Assembly (NCBI GenBank): GCA_024679065.1
Contig: JAGIQG010000005.1
Span: 67,642,001 to 67,706,000 of the forward strand
Source: Sphyrna mokarran
Lineage: Eukaryota
Direction: 5' to 3'
DNA: 64,000 bases
A model generated the notes under the pieces. That model made no database searches and was not told the origin of the DNA. It saw only the letters and a program-made list of their open reading frames with translations. Positions 38,291 to 51,880 of this stretch are shown piece after piece (position 1 is the stretch's first letter; the number at the start of each line of letters is the position of its first letter). Made by a program: the position numbers and the translations under genes.

Positions 38291-41200
38291 CCCTCACTCT
38301 TTTGAGTTTTATATTTTTCTAAGTAGCTGGTGTTCAAATGGAGTTGGCCTTCGCTTTACTTACTAAAAATTGAAGGCAGAGGTTCTTCATTGATGTGAAA
38401 CAGACAATTTCAGGTCAATAATTTGCAATGAGAAATTTGATGTCATACAGTTTGACAACATCTTGTATCATCGTACATAAGCACACTATACAAGTAAACC
38501 AGCTCCCAGAAATGTCAACTGAAGCATCTAAATTTAATATGGATTAGTAATTAGGCGGTTAAACAAGATGACTAAATGAATATAGTATGCAAGAAATCAG
38601 ATTGACAGCATTCTTAGTTTGCATGAAACAACTACCCATGAGCCTAACTTAGAAACATTGTGAAGTGATTGAACTTCACGTCCAAACTTAAGCACCTAAC
38701 ATGATACTCATTTAGCACTGAACGTAAAAAGATTAATCTAGCTCTGTACCATAGTGCACCAATGCTGTAATGCATATATTCCACAGAATGCCTTTCATGA
38801 CCATGTGTTATTTGACTCTCGCTCACTTACATTCCTTTGTAAGCTTCAGTCCAATTCAGATGGTCATTTCTTTGAACTTCCTGTTCACTCATAGCTGTCT
38901 TTCTTTTCATTTTTTACACAGCATGAATAACCAAAGAGCAACACTACCCATTACTGTAGTTGCCAGCCACAGAAAGGGACTGGCATATTAATTAATATTT
39001 TGTATATTGATCTGAAATGGGGTTTCAGTCCAAAAACAATTATTAAGAAAAAGGATAAATGAACAATCAATGAACCAAAATCAGGGTACATGAAATCAGC
39101 TTTCAATCTCTGAAGACATAGCTAATTGCAGAAAAGCTCTGACAATGTTTTGACAACAATAACTAACCTCAGAAATTATTCAGCAGTTAAGCTAATGCAA
39201 ATGCAAATTAATATGCTTGATTAGGAAGATGCTTCAATCATGGATTAGATAAAAAGGCAGTTTTTCACTAAACAGCTAGAGATGATTTTTGGAACCTACT
39301 CATCTGTATCGTGGAGATGACCTGCTAATGCATTCTTTACAGATACACAAACTTGGTTGTTTAAAAAAAATTGTCACTGGCCTAAACATGGAAAAGCCAA
39401 TTACAGAAATCTAATACTCCTAAAATGATAGATATCGAATCATTTAGATATGTAACTGTTTTCTCTCGATTAAGAAGTGAAATTCTACTAAATATAAACA
39501 TCTGTTCAACATATGACAGGTTACTGTTTCTGTTGGGGCTGAAAACAAAGAAATGCCCCTTTTTGGAGAAAAGATGAGAGGCTGGAGGAAAAGATCCTCC
39601 AATTGTCAAGAAAAAGTTAATTTGTTGCATCAGTGTACTGCCTGTTACAGAAGCAGAAATCTAATAAACAAAGCAAGTGTGAAGATGAAAAAAATAAAGA
39701 GAAAATAGGGCACAGGTAATAAGGTCTGACATGTTTGATACACAAAATGAGATTGACCAGAAAAGGTGGGTGTAGTTACTTGAAACAAGAAGGTGAGAAA
39801 AGATGACTTTAAAAAAGCTGCCCTCCTGGGTCAAGAGCCATTTATCTGCCAACACTCTGTCCTGATGAAGAGTTTGTATCCAAAAGTGACACTGACAACC
39901 ACTTTCATGGAAGTGGAAAATACAGTTATTGAAACAAACATTTAGACACAAGGGCCAAAGGAGGCCGAAGGAGAAGATGAGATAATGTTCCTGAATCTTG
40001 CATTGTGCTTACTTGAACAAAATAGGGCAGAGTCTTCAGATTAGGAATTGTAATGAGATACAGACTTCGCACTGCGACAGGTTCAGCAAAGCGTTTACAT
40101 AATGTCCATTTCATCTCATCAAATTTGAGATATCAGTTGCGATTAAACACAATGTCCATCTCACTCTCCACTGCTTATTTTCTACCATAGCCGCTAATAC
40201 TGTTTACAAGCTGAACATGAATTCCCAATTATTAAAACTGTAAATGGTAGTTTTAATTAGGAAATCTCTAATCCAGACTGTTTCATAGATTTTAAAATGC
40301 ATTCTTTGGTTTCTTATCACCTAATTTTGACTGCACATCCATAGGGAAACATTCAACTGCTTGAAATCTAGCAAACCTTGGGTCAATGTGACAGAGCTTG
40401 CAGAGTCCAACATTATAAAGAATTTGTATAAATCCATTGGGATTTATCAGCTGAAATGGTGCAACTTACCAGGAAACTTTTTGAGGTTGACCCTTGTCTT
40501 GTTAAAAAAATGTTAACATTTCTGTCATTGAGAAAAATGGAAATTAATTACCCAACCAAAACCAGAAAAACAATTGGAAACTCTTTAAATTTAGTTTTGC
40601 AATCACATCAGCAAAGATACACTTTGGGCTTGGTATAGCGTACTCTATTTCTCTGGCATACAGTACAGAAATCTGTGTATTTGATACTGATAATGATGGA
40701 GGTTCAGGGTGAACAGAATTTTTAAGATATATTTGCAATTTTCACAGGATAAAATGAATATAAATAAAATGTTGCTTAAACAATTTGTTTTACAACAAAG
40801 CACATTTTTGAACTCAGTATAAATCAAGGAAAATGTAATAATAACTGTACTCAAAATTTCTCCCAACCATTATTTTTATTACAAAACATCCTTTCATGAA
40901 CGAATGTGCACTACAAGCTCTGCATGAGCACCCCATTTGCAAAGCACAACATGCAAACCTTTTAATGATTTCAAGTTACTAAAGCAGCATGATTTGGTAT
41001 TAATGATGAAAGGGAGAAATTACACAAGTGGGTTTACATGGTTGCTGAGTCACCACTAAAGATTGCACTGCAGAAAGCAATCTATTAAATATTGTGCTTT
41101 ACCAAATGTAACGCAAGACAGTCCACAGACCATCAATCTGTTTCAAGCCAAATACAAACTTAATCCTTGCACAAAATGGCAAAAATTCAATGAATATACT

Positions 41201-42859
41201 CAAAAAGCTCAGATCCAGTAGGTCTTTGAAATAAAAAACCAGGTATTTAATCCAATTGAGAATAAATTCTTAAAAATGAATTTTCTGCTTGCGTTATTGC
41301 TGCCAATTAGATTCAAGTGTTGCCAAGCACAGTTTCTTAGACCAGGAATCTAGATTGATGTCTGTTGTAAATGGTCCCTTGATTTATTTAAGTTGGTATT
41401 GATTACAATATTAATGCTTCTACAACAGCTAACATTTAATGCACAAATATTTATGCAATAAAAGCAACATCTGCATCAGTGTAAGAAAAATTGCAGAAAC
41501 TGAGAGCAGCAGCAAAGTTTATCAGGTCCACTGCAAAAAAAAAGTCCTGAAATATGATCTGTGAAGCATCTCCAACAACATCAGTGTCCAGACCACACAG
41601 GTTTCAACTACAAACTGCATATTAATTAATACTTGATGCTGCATGGTGTAATAAAAAACAACCTGAACACACATTTTTAATATTTTAAACATGATGAAAC
41701 AAGGTTTGACAGGCTAAGCTGAAAACTCAATATATACTGCAATGGGATACCAAACAGGCCAATGAGCAAAGTGAATCGGTTTCACAGATTTTAATTCAGC
41801 AGGGAGTCAATTAGCACAGGAAAAAGGAACACCTGCAGCCAACCTGCACCATTGGGCTAACTAATAAGGCAAGGTTACCCACTTGTGCAACTATTTCTCC
41901 GAATATATGAAACTATGCACCTACAATAAACTTCACTTTATTTTCTCCCACTGGATGCCACCAAAGCATGGTGTTAACAGAATGCAACAACACAGTGGCC
42001 CAGCAGTGCTGCAAGTCCCAAAGGATAGGGTATTTGCAATCAATCAGCAGGATTTCAACTCCTCCACTACTTGCATTTATCTATCCTCAGACTGTACGTG
42101 CACTATCAGATATCCTCAAGTTCATGAATAGTATCCTCTGAAATTTGTGTAGCTCTTGTGTGTAAAAGTTGGTGAGCTGGGTGCAGAATTTTATTCCGCT
42201 GGCCCAGTATCAGTTGATTTGTTGCCAACCCAACTATTTGGCATTTTCCTTCCACAGGAAATGCAGCATAACAGCATGTTCATCAGTTTATATGACATAT
42301 TCTATTATGTACAACTTTAATTCCAGGGCACAGTTGTATTGACATTGATTTTGTGTGTGAAGACATTGTTTTTGAAAAGTATGATGACACGTTTGCGAGC
42401 TTTGTGATTTGTTGCACATTAGATGATGGCAGATTGTCAAGTGACAGAGAAAGAGAAGCAGAGGAAAATTTAAAGTGGCCTAATATGATAGTCAAAAGAA
42501 AAATTCATCTGAATGTCAAATGAATGTCTTTGTAACGAGAATCCATTTTAACCAAGTGCTGCTCACAGCAGCATTCCTCCTGCAGTAGTATGTTTATAAG
42601 GCAAAGTTGTCCCACAAATAACTCACCATCATGATCCTCAGGACACCAATAAGACAGTGGGTGAAACCTTACCAAAAAATGGAAGAGTATTGTTTCTGGC
42701 GAGAAAACCAACCTGTTTCTCTTCAGTGGTTTTCTCTCCAGATCTTACAACATTGACAAACAAATTTAAGGGGGCATGTTTCACACTAACAAACGGGGTC
42801 AGTGCCTCAACACACAAGATTGCTCAATTCATGGCTGGAGAGTATGATGTCCATTCAAT

Positions 42860-43373
42860 CAAGGGTGACACAGGCAGGGTCTACAAAATTTCAGGGTCAA
42901 CAATTCGGGGGGTGTGGGTGCTGCTTTCCCACCTGACAACAGTAGCATGACATGACAAAATGGAAGCTCTCTCTGGAACTCTTTCAAATCAAAGAATTAA
43001 ATTAAGCAATCAGGCCACTACTTTGAGGAAGGAGAAGGGAGAGAACACCTTGATGGTGTGGCCTGCAGCTGCTTGGAGTGCTGGCTATCCAGTCTGCTGC
43101 CAGGAGGGCAACTCCACGCAGATGTATTTTCCCCCAAAGATGTGGGAGCTGGAAGATGGCTGGAAAATTCCAGTCAACCTCCAACAATAGCCATTAATTG
43201 GCTGCATTGTTTACATGGTACTTTTGAATAGGGGAGCTTTGCCACCCACCCCATCTTTTGAGAAATGCCCAGGAACAACTTGTGAGTTGGGGACCAACTT
43301 GTCATCTGAAAGCAACAACTTTAGCACCCACCCACCTCTGCTCTCAGCTTGGTGAGGTCTAAACATTCTGCCT
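42860..43373. mobile_element. Probable MITE-like repeat
   Basis: GC-richer block with 'attaaattaagcaatcaggccac', 'gccattaattggc' and right end 'aacattctgcct', similar to other MITE ends. Left boundary unclear. Confidence 0.3.
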
Positions 43374-44179
43374 AAAGCTTTTGCCGAACTTAGGTGTAGC
43401 TGTTAGAAGTTTTAAGCATGCTTCTGGATTTTTGTTCTCCCTAACGTCTAACTGTCCATTTCGCACAGGTGAGAACATAATCTAAAAAGGGACCGGGTTG
43501 CAAGAAACAATGGTTGAAATGAGATGGGTATCAAACTCAATGGGAGATCTAGTAGGATTTCACCTTGTCCCATTTTTTGAGTTTGGCTCACATAACATGT
43601 GCCACTAGAATGGGCTAACAATGGAGAAAATTTAAGCCATCTGCTCTTTCCTTTTATGCCTTGAAAGTATTGGCTAACCCAGATTATTTTTAAAGTGTGG
43701 AAAAATGCTGTTGAAACATCAACTAAATTGTAACACAAGATACAATAGTGGATACAAAATCTGATTTCTAACTATCAGATGTTTGAGGCAAGAACAGTTC
43801 TCACATTTTTCAAAAATATGAACATTTTCAAAAATCCACAAGAAAATGTTTAACATTATATTTTTCAGTTAAAAACTGGGTAATGCCTTGCAGTGAAAAG
43901 AAGATAATTGTCTTCCATTACCTTTCTGATACACAATAGCAACTTCATTTGCAAAGAATTCTATTTCTTCAGCATAGATTAAACTGGTTGCCAAATGTCC
44001 CGAGCACTGCAAATTAAAATACATGGCTGATCTATTGCACATATTAAAAAACACTAAAACTACTTTCCTTGGTTAAGAGTATCTCATGTATCCAGCCATT
44101 AATCATCTCAAATTAACAAAATATTACATGTACCACCGAATATTCTGGTACAATTAAAAAGTGCTATGGTCTCTACAGA

Positions 44180-44490
44180 GACATAGGACATTACAGCACA
44201 ATACAGGCCCTTCAGTCCTTGATGTTGTGCCAAACTGTGAAACCAATCTAAAGCCCATCTAACCTATACTATTCCAATATCATACATTTGCTTATTCAAT
44301 GACCATTTAAACACCCTTAATGTTGGTGAGTCCACTACTGTTGCAGACAGGACATTCCACATCCTTACTCTCTCTGTGTAAAGAATCTAACTCCGACATT
44401 TATCTAATGTCTATCACCCCTCAATTTAAAGCTATGTCTTCTCTTGCTAACCATCCCCACTGAGGAAAAAGGTTCACACTGTCTACCCTA
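44180..44490 (-). mobile_element. CR1 3' end
   Basis: 'acattacagcacaatacaggcccttcagtccttgatgttgtgccaa' is the near reverse complement of the young CR1 tail at 52653-52700. 'tttaaagctatgtcttctcttgcta' matches reverse-strand ASTRGHSFK. Confidence 0.85.
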
Positions 44491-44799
44491 AACAGCAGGC
44501 TTTCTCTTGCTACTTTTAGCAATAATGGCCCATGGAAGAAATATTGTCAGTCATTTAGATTTCACCAAATGACTTAAATATGAAGGTAGTGTGAACTGTG
44601 TGTGCAGATCTGAACTAAGTTAATGGTTGTACGTTAAATTGTCAACAAAAATGAACAGAGTTGGAATTAAGTGGATAAAGTTTTTGACTGGGGAGAAAAT
44701 AAGAGGCATTATCTTTTCACTGGGTAGGATGAACACAAATAAGTGTCTGTACAAAAAGAGACGCAGACTGGCAATGGAATGAAAACAAAGAGGGAATAC

Positions 44800-44997
44800 T
44801 TGTATCTACATCATACTTCACATCATCAACAATACTTCAAGAAATGAATGACGCACTGTGATTTCTGTCATCCAAGTTTATCCTTTTAATGTCAGCATGA
44901 CCAAGAGATGAATATTGGTTTGGACATCTAGAGAACTCGCTGCCTTTCCTTCAATACTGTTGTGGGGCTTTTAATGTTAACATGAACAGACAGATGA
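44800..44997 (-). mobile_element. Deu-type SINE fragment
   Basis: 'gatgaatattggtttggacatctagagaactcgctgcctttccttcaatactgttgtggggcttttaatgttaacatgaacagacagatg' resembles the reverse complement of the Deu domain. Confidence 0.5.
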
Positions 44998-46299
44998 AGA
45001 CTAAGAAAGACTGAAGACAGGGATTGGACTAGAGGCAACTATTTAAAGACGTGAGGAGGCTTGGGATGGCAGTCCATTGAGTGGAGCATCAGATCAAATA
45101 TGGCAGAGATAAAATTGGTTGTCAGTCATAATAGTAGCACAGGGCTACAGAGAAACTCTTTTTCAAGATTAAGTTATAATTCAGAATTCATACAGAGAGC
45201 AAAATCTAAATGACTTACATTTTTCCTTCCATCCTCCATTATTCTTACAAATAACAAAGAAAAAGCCTGATCTTTGACAGATAGTTCCTATCAAACAATT
45301 CTTTAGTGATTTTTTTCTTCTCAATTTTGGTGTGCTTTTAATTGAGAACACCAAGGTTTGGTGACCTTGCTTCAATTCTCTTCTCCACTCCCTGCCATCA
45401 TGAATTCATTCAGTGTTATCGTCAAGCAAGTCTTAAATGTACATTATAGATTTGTATGAAAATGATATCAATCTGTAAATAAAGATGGATAACCATGTCA
45501 TCTCATGTATCCTGTGAATGTTGGTGGCTCATATTGAATCACGATTGTACTTTTAATTAATGCAAATGCAATAAAATTTCAACATACAGATGCTGAAGCC
45601 AATACAGGGTTTGACTTAATTAACTTTGAAACTCACCCACACTAATTTTATTGCTAAACTATGAGCATATATCAGTGATTGTAATATCATAACATTTATA
45701 CCTATGTCTATCCAATGCAGCGGCCTGAACATAAGTTATCCACAGCTACTACACATTTCCTGCATAAACTAACTGTTCCTGCTTACACTGAAATGAGGAG
45801 CATTGCTTCAAATGTAAAATAATGAGTTACATGTTACCCACAGGCCTGAGCGCATGCCGAACAATTATTTGTATGTGATATGCAGAATCTGGCCAACACG
45901 AGATAATATTATTTCATGCATCTTACTCTAACTGCGCCCAAGTTAGAAGGTGATTGATGTCACCTGTTGAGCCTGACAAATACATTTTTGAAAGGTACAT
46001 CAATAATTGGTAATTTTCTGAGTGCACACTGGTGGAAGTCTTCCCTGAAAATATTCCAAAATGGAAAAATGCTCCCAGAATTTTCTAATATGTGCTTTGG
46101 TAGGCATCATACTATCTTAATCGCACATGATCCAAAAATTGGTCTCCTATTCTTTATGGTAGAAAGAAAATAGCATTTTTTCCAATATTCATGTGGCATA
46201 CTGTGAAGCAGGCTTGTGTATGTGCGCGCACATGTACGTGCAAGACTAATTTAATTAAATTGCAGTCAGCCTGCAAGGCTTAAATCTTCAAAAGGATGT

Positions 46300-47115
46300 A
46301 AAAGCAAGCATTTGAATTGTTAGGTGAGCAAAGCCAAGATGGGATACCAATAAATAACCTGGATGAAAATTTCCATGAGGAGATAGAGAATTTGTGTTTA
46401 CTTATTGAATTTCAGAGAGAAATCAAAGATAGATTTACAATTGGCAAAAATAATAAATGAATAAAGAAGTTATTATTTTTGCCTAGAAGTAGTGAAGATA
46501 AAGACAATGTGAAAGATTTTTATATTCCAAAAAAGGCAACTTCCAAACAAGGCTGAGAATAATGGGATTGCAATGAAAGAGAAAAAACATATTTTAGAAC
46601 AAATTGAAAGCTGTATGAGAAGAAATCAGATGACATTCTCAAGAATGTCTGAGGAGTAAGCAGCCTCTAGTCAGCCCAGAAGACTTTGTTTCAGAAAGCA
46701 AGACTACGTCACAAGCCTTGAATTTCCATTGTTGCATGAGGAAAGAAATCCTGTGAGATATTGTCCCTAAAGCAATGGTGGGTGCCTTCTGGTAAAGCTA
46801 CTGGAATTATTATACATCAAGGATCTGTAGGGACTGTTGCCTGTAGAAGAGCATTTATTTGAAACTCTAACCAAATAGAAATCTTTTGGGAAATGTTTGT
46901 AAAACTAATTTTACCTATGAAACTGTAACCTTGTAAGTTTAAGTTTTTTTAAATATATGCTCTAATTTAATAATTAGCATTGGAAAGTGATTAGAATCTT
47001 TACTTCTGCTGTGACTACATATACCTTCTCATAATAAACACAAATTATAACTTGTTGTGATAGCTTGGTCAAGTTTCCCTTTTGGGATCTGGTCAGCCCA
47101 GCAATTACTTACTGC
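46300..47115 (+). mobile_element. Probable solo LTR
   Basis: Purine-rich U3-like part, then an AT-rich part ending 'aagtttcccttttgggatctggtcagccc'. Similar architecture to 33860-35730. Confidence 0.3.
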
Positions 47116-48339
47116 TATAGCACAAAATTACACCACAGTCTGAAAAACTTCTCCAAACATCTTGCTGTAAGTGGATCGTCTGCCAGAGGAGGCTTACTAA
47201 CTATTTTCAGAATAGTAAATATTTTATTTTGCAAAGCTGTAACAGGCCTTCTGTTATTCCACTTTCAGCACCAACTACTTGTTGCCTAGCATACTGAGAT
47301 AGAGAATCAATAAATTTAAAGTAGTCCAACAGAAGATGGTTTAAATATTTAAATGAGCTAAATGAATCAAACGTAACCTGTGACACAATTTAAATTATAC
47401 TTTTTGTTTATGCAGAGGCAATAATCAAGGAAATGCCATTAAAAAATTGCCATGCTTAATGGAGCTTTGGAATCTAAGTGATTTGAGAGAGTTAGCTGGA
47501 GATGAACTCGAACAGTGATGTGGCATTGACAAATTGATTGCCTGAAGTGTTTTTCATCTCCGGCTTCTTTTCCTCTTTTTTAAAGAATATATTTCAAGTT
47601 TGAGACGATTTCAGAAAAAGCTTTGACATAAATTAGGGAACGTCAGCTGCTAAGAAATTACTTAACACATTAGAAGTGTTTTAGTACTGCAAACGTATCA
47701 CGTAAAACATAAACCAAATTTACAAACAGATATTTGAAGAAATATAACAGAAGTCACAAATTAAGTCCATAGTACTGAGAACAGAAGCTCCCATACTGGT
47801 GGAATGATGATGATTATCAGGGTGAGAACAATTATATTATTTACCTATAGGCCTATCACATCATCTGCCTTGTTGCCTCACTCATATTGTTGGCTGAAAT
47901 CTATTTGCTACTCACTCGTCTTTCAGTAACATTTTTGAGGGGTTTCTTGCCAGTTTTTATGGACTTAGAACTGGCTGGCAGCCTCCATATTGTGAGGTTT
48001 TCACCACAGTACATTGTCATATTGTTTGACAGTGAATATGAAGTGTCCAGGATTGTCTTACAATTGAGCAAGGTGAGCTTCATTCATGCACTGCCAGACT
48101 GAAATGTCATAATAAGTGAGGTTAATGGTATTCATTGTTACCAGAGCACAGCAACTTCAAGCAATGGCTGGCCCCAGTTAAACACAGAAATTCAAAAGTG
48201 GCTGTCTGAGATGCTTTGCAAAAACAGCCACAATTTTCTGGCTGTGTCATGCCTGTGGCCAAACCTTGTCAGTACCTTCCCAATCATTGTTCCCAGACAT
48301 ATTCTGGATCCCGCCCTTAAATATATTGTGTTCATTCAT

Positions 48340-48821
48340 GGCTGGATTTTCACATCCTCTGGCTCGGCAACAGCCCGGCAAGAATCACTGCTGCTCCCCA
48401 CTAACGCAGATTGATAGCCACTGCCATGACAGAGTCAGGAGAGTGGAGTCATGGGGAGAGGGGAGGGCGGGGTGTCACCAAAGAGGATCATAAATGGGAT
48501 CCACTGGTAGGGCCACAATGCCGGTGACCTTTGTTTTGGGAGGCAAGGGATGGTGGACGCAAGGGTGTGGAAACATTCCTTAAATGAGAAAGGGTGGTGG
48601 GAGGTGAATCCGCAATTTTAATTTGAGATCAGATATCTTTTAAAAATGTCTGATCTCTGTGAAGTGGGCTTACCACGGTGTTTAGACTCTGCTCCTCACA
48701 GAATCGATGCAAAACCCACTCTCCCAAAAAACCATAGTGATCTGATTGGTGCCCGCATGAACTGCACGAATTACATTAGTTTGCTTGCCAAAATTACAGT
48801 TTTTTTGAGGAAATTCCACCC
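48340..48821. mobile_element. MITE-like element
   Basis: Imperfect TIRs 'ggctggattttc' and 'gaaattccaccc', with a G-rich interior. Confidence 0.5.
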
Positions 48822-50211
48822 AATTCTTGTTTTCTGACTCCTCGTTCAAATACATTGGACAGCGTAAAGCTCCTGTACTTAGATGATAGATACAAACCAC
48901 ACACAGCTAGGGCTTGTCCATTTCAAGGACACGCTAAGTCTTAATCACAGTCAAATAACCTGACACAAAGTAAATTTATACAAGAGAGGAATTTCATTGC
49001 TCGTCGTGTAAAACATGTTGACTGTACTTTCTCTTACATTTTGTCTTTTATCCCCTGTCTAAATGCAATCTTTCTTTCCCCCTCTTCATTTTATTTGATG
49101 TACCATTATAATTAACATTTTCTTCTTCAGACGCTCCATTTTATTAACAATCCTTCAGATTATAGTACTGTTCATATATGTCACAAATGCAGGCACTGTG
49201 TCATATATAAACATTCCGGAATTTAAACTGGCTAGGCCAAGTCTAATGATAGATTAAATTTTGGCCTAAGTAATTATTTGATTTGAGCAAAGCATCAACA
49301 TCCTTTTGAACCACCTTCTTCACCATGCTACAGGAGTTAGTGAATGGTATCCAAGTCACATACAGCAGAAGATAATGCAAGAGAGTTAGAAAGGGGAAAT
49401 CTATTACTGATTGTGATAAATTGTATCATGATTTGATTAGTTTTAAAACAATTTGGATGAAATACTGCCTTCCAATAGCAAGCTGTTTTATGAATACAAA
49501 ATAGAGCAAAAAGGACTTTCCATGACAACTGTCAATGCCTTCCATTTCAGGGACATTGAAATATGACTAAAAGGCTTATTTTATTCAACCTGAAATGGTC
49601 AGTTTTTCTCAAGATATAATTTACATGCAATTAAATTACAAAATCTTTGAAGCCTACAAAGACATCCAGAGGACTTCAGAAACTACAAGAATATGGAGAC
49701 TGATTTACAGTAGGTTCAATCTAAAAATCAAACTTTGATTCTGCAATGTGTGCCTGCAGCAAGCAGGCTCTTCCAATTCACTGAGATAAAGGGTGAGTCA
49801 TCAAGTGTTCTTTTCATGTTCAAGTTGATTCAGTAGTGTAGAATTGACACCACACTATTTTATACTGCTTTCTGACTTAATCAAGATGATACTTTGGCCA
49901 AAAGACTTAGAATGTCCTTGAAATGGATAAGCCCTAGCTGTGTGTGGTTTGTATCTGAGTACAGGAGCTTTATGCTATCTGATGTATTTGAACGAGGAGC
50001 CAGGAAACAAAATTTGGATGGAATTTCCTCAAAAAACTGCAATTTCGGTGAGCAAACTGACCTAATTCATGCAGTTCATGCTGGAATCAATCAGATCACT
50101 ACGTTTTTTTTAAGGAAGTGAGTTTTGCATTGATTCTCTGAGGGGTGAGGTCTAAACACAGTGGTAAGCCCACTTCACAGAGATCAGACATCATTTTTAA
50201 AAGATATCTGA
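48629..50211. repeat. Inverted repeat: arms 48629-48942 and 49902-50211 (~310 bp), spacer ~960 bp
   Basis: The arms align by eye along their length, e.g. 'tgtctgatctctgtgaagtgggcttaccac' vs 'gtggtaagcccacttcacagagatcagaca'. ORFs 48646(+) and 50099(-) share MSDLCEVGLP. Confidence 0.95.
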
Positions 50212-50380
50212 ATAACAGAATGACGCAACCATTTAGTCCATTGTCCCTGCACTGACTTTTGGGCAGAATTCTCCAAGTAGTCAAATTCTCCTCTTCTTTC
50301 CCTCTAAACCTAATTTTATTTCCCGTTTGAAGTTACTAAGGCATCTGCATTACCCTTCCAAATAATATATCACCATTCTT

Positions 50381-50560
50381 TCACTGTCATTGGTCAAAGT
50401 CCTGGAGCTCCCTTCTGAATTGCATTATGGGTGGACCAATTCAGGATGGCCTGCAATGGTTCAAAGTAACAGCTCATCCTGTCTTCACAAGGACAATTAG
50501 GGATGGGCAGTAAATGCTGGCCAAGCCAGTGATGCTCATTCCAAGTGAAATAGTTCCAAA
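50381..50560 (+). mobile_element. L2/CR1-clade LINE 3' end
   Basis: 'ttcactgtcattggtcaaagtcctggagctcccttc...ggacaattagggatgggcagtaaatgctggccaagccagtgatgctcattcc'. Confidence 0.7.
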
Positions 50561-50710
50561 AAATTCCAGCTCTCAATTCTGTACTTTCTTGATATTTAAG
50601 ATTGTCCTACATAGTTGCCTTCTTTTCTACACTATTCCTTCATTTTCTCACTTGACAGGTATTTCAATATTTTTCCTACCAACAATGTTAAAGTACCCTA
50701 AGTTCCACTT

Positions 50711-51690
50711 TCTTCTTCTTAGACAGTCTCCTGAAATCAAGGATAACAAACCTCCACTCCAACATGATGGATTCAGATGGCTGATGATGTGTCCAATGTT
50801 TGATCTGCCGACACAGGCAAAATTAAGGCAAGTGGAGGTTGAAGGATTGGGTAAATGGGTTGCACGGAGGTTTCTGCCTTTGCTTTGACATCTCTCCATA
50901 TCCCTGATGAAGTCTTTCAACATGTTTGGTGATTTTCCAAACGTAACTTTTCTGTATCAGTTGGATATGTTCAACCTCTTCAGGATTGATTTGAGGACAT
51001 CGCTGCAGTGTTTCTGCCTTCTTTATGGGAGTCTCCTATTGTGATTCAGATCCAAGTAGAGAATTGCTTCATGAGTATAGCGTCAAGTGTACAAATGACA
51101 TGTTTCACTTTAAGAAGCTGGTTTGAACGATTAGTGGTTCAATACTGGAAAAGCTTGGGAGAGAATACTGCTATTGAACTGCCTTTTCCGCCACCAGATT
51201 TTGGGGATCTTGAAGTTACTGCTAGTGGTACACCTCCAGTTTCTGTGAGATATCCACTATAGCAATCCAAATTGCTGAAGCATATAGGAGACCGAGAATT
51301 ACTGCTGCCTTGTATGCCATGACCTTGGTCTCAGATTTGTCAGCTGGTCCTCAAATAACATGCAGATCATCGACAGGAATGGCAGGAAACAGTTCAAACT
51401 AACACACTCCAAATTGAGTCACAGAACTTTGGTATGTAGATTCTGCATGTGAGCTCACTCAGAAACTGAGCTCCAGATCACTTGCAACTCCTCCAAAGCA
51501 TATGAAAAAAACAGTCCTATTCCTAAATACCCTGAAAATTAAGGCCCTTTTCCAACTAACTTCCATAGCAAAACATATTTTCCATATTTTGGTAGCCTCC
51601 GCCTAAGGAAGGCAGACATAGATGACAATGTTCTTTATCATTGCTCCAATGTGCCATCTCAGCCTTCGGCTAATGGAGGGAAAGAATATC
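50711..51690 (-). mobile_element. RTE LINE 3' part with inverted 5' segment
   Basis: Minus piece 51360-50711 reads FED...TKVMAYKAAVILGLLYAS..W and ends in a (GAA)n tail ('tcttcttcttagacagtc'). Plus piece ~51370-51690 encodes the immediately upstream region (FPYFGS...KADIDD....QCA.SAFG...R.R). Confidence 0.7.
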
Positions 51691-51880
51691 CTATGGTGAG
51701 GTGACCAGAACTGCACACACAGATCACTGATCAGTGATTTATGTAACCAGAGCAAAGTTTTTTTCCTCATAAGTATTATAACTCATTAGTTCCAAATGTT
51801 AGTATCCCATTAAAAAAATAGAAAATGCTGGAAAATCTCAGCAGGTCTGACAGCATCTGTGGAGAAAGAATAGAGCCGAC

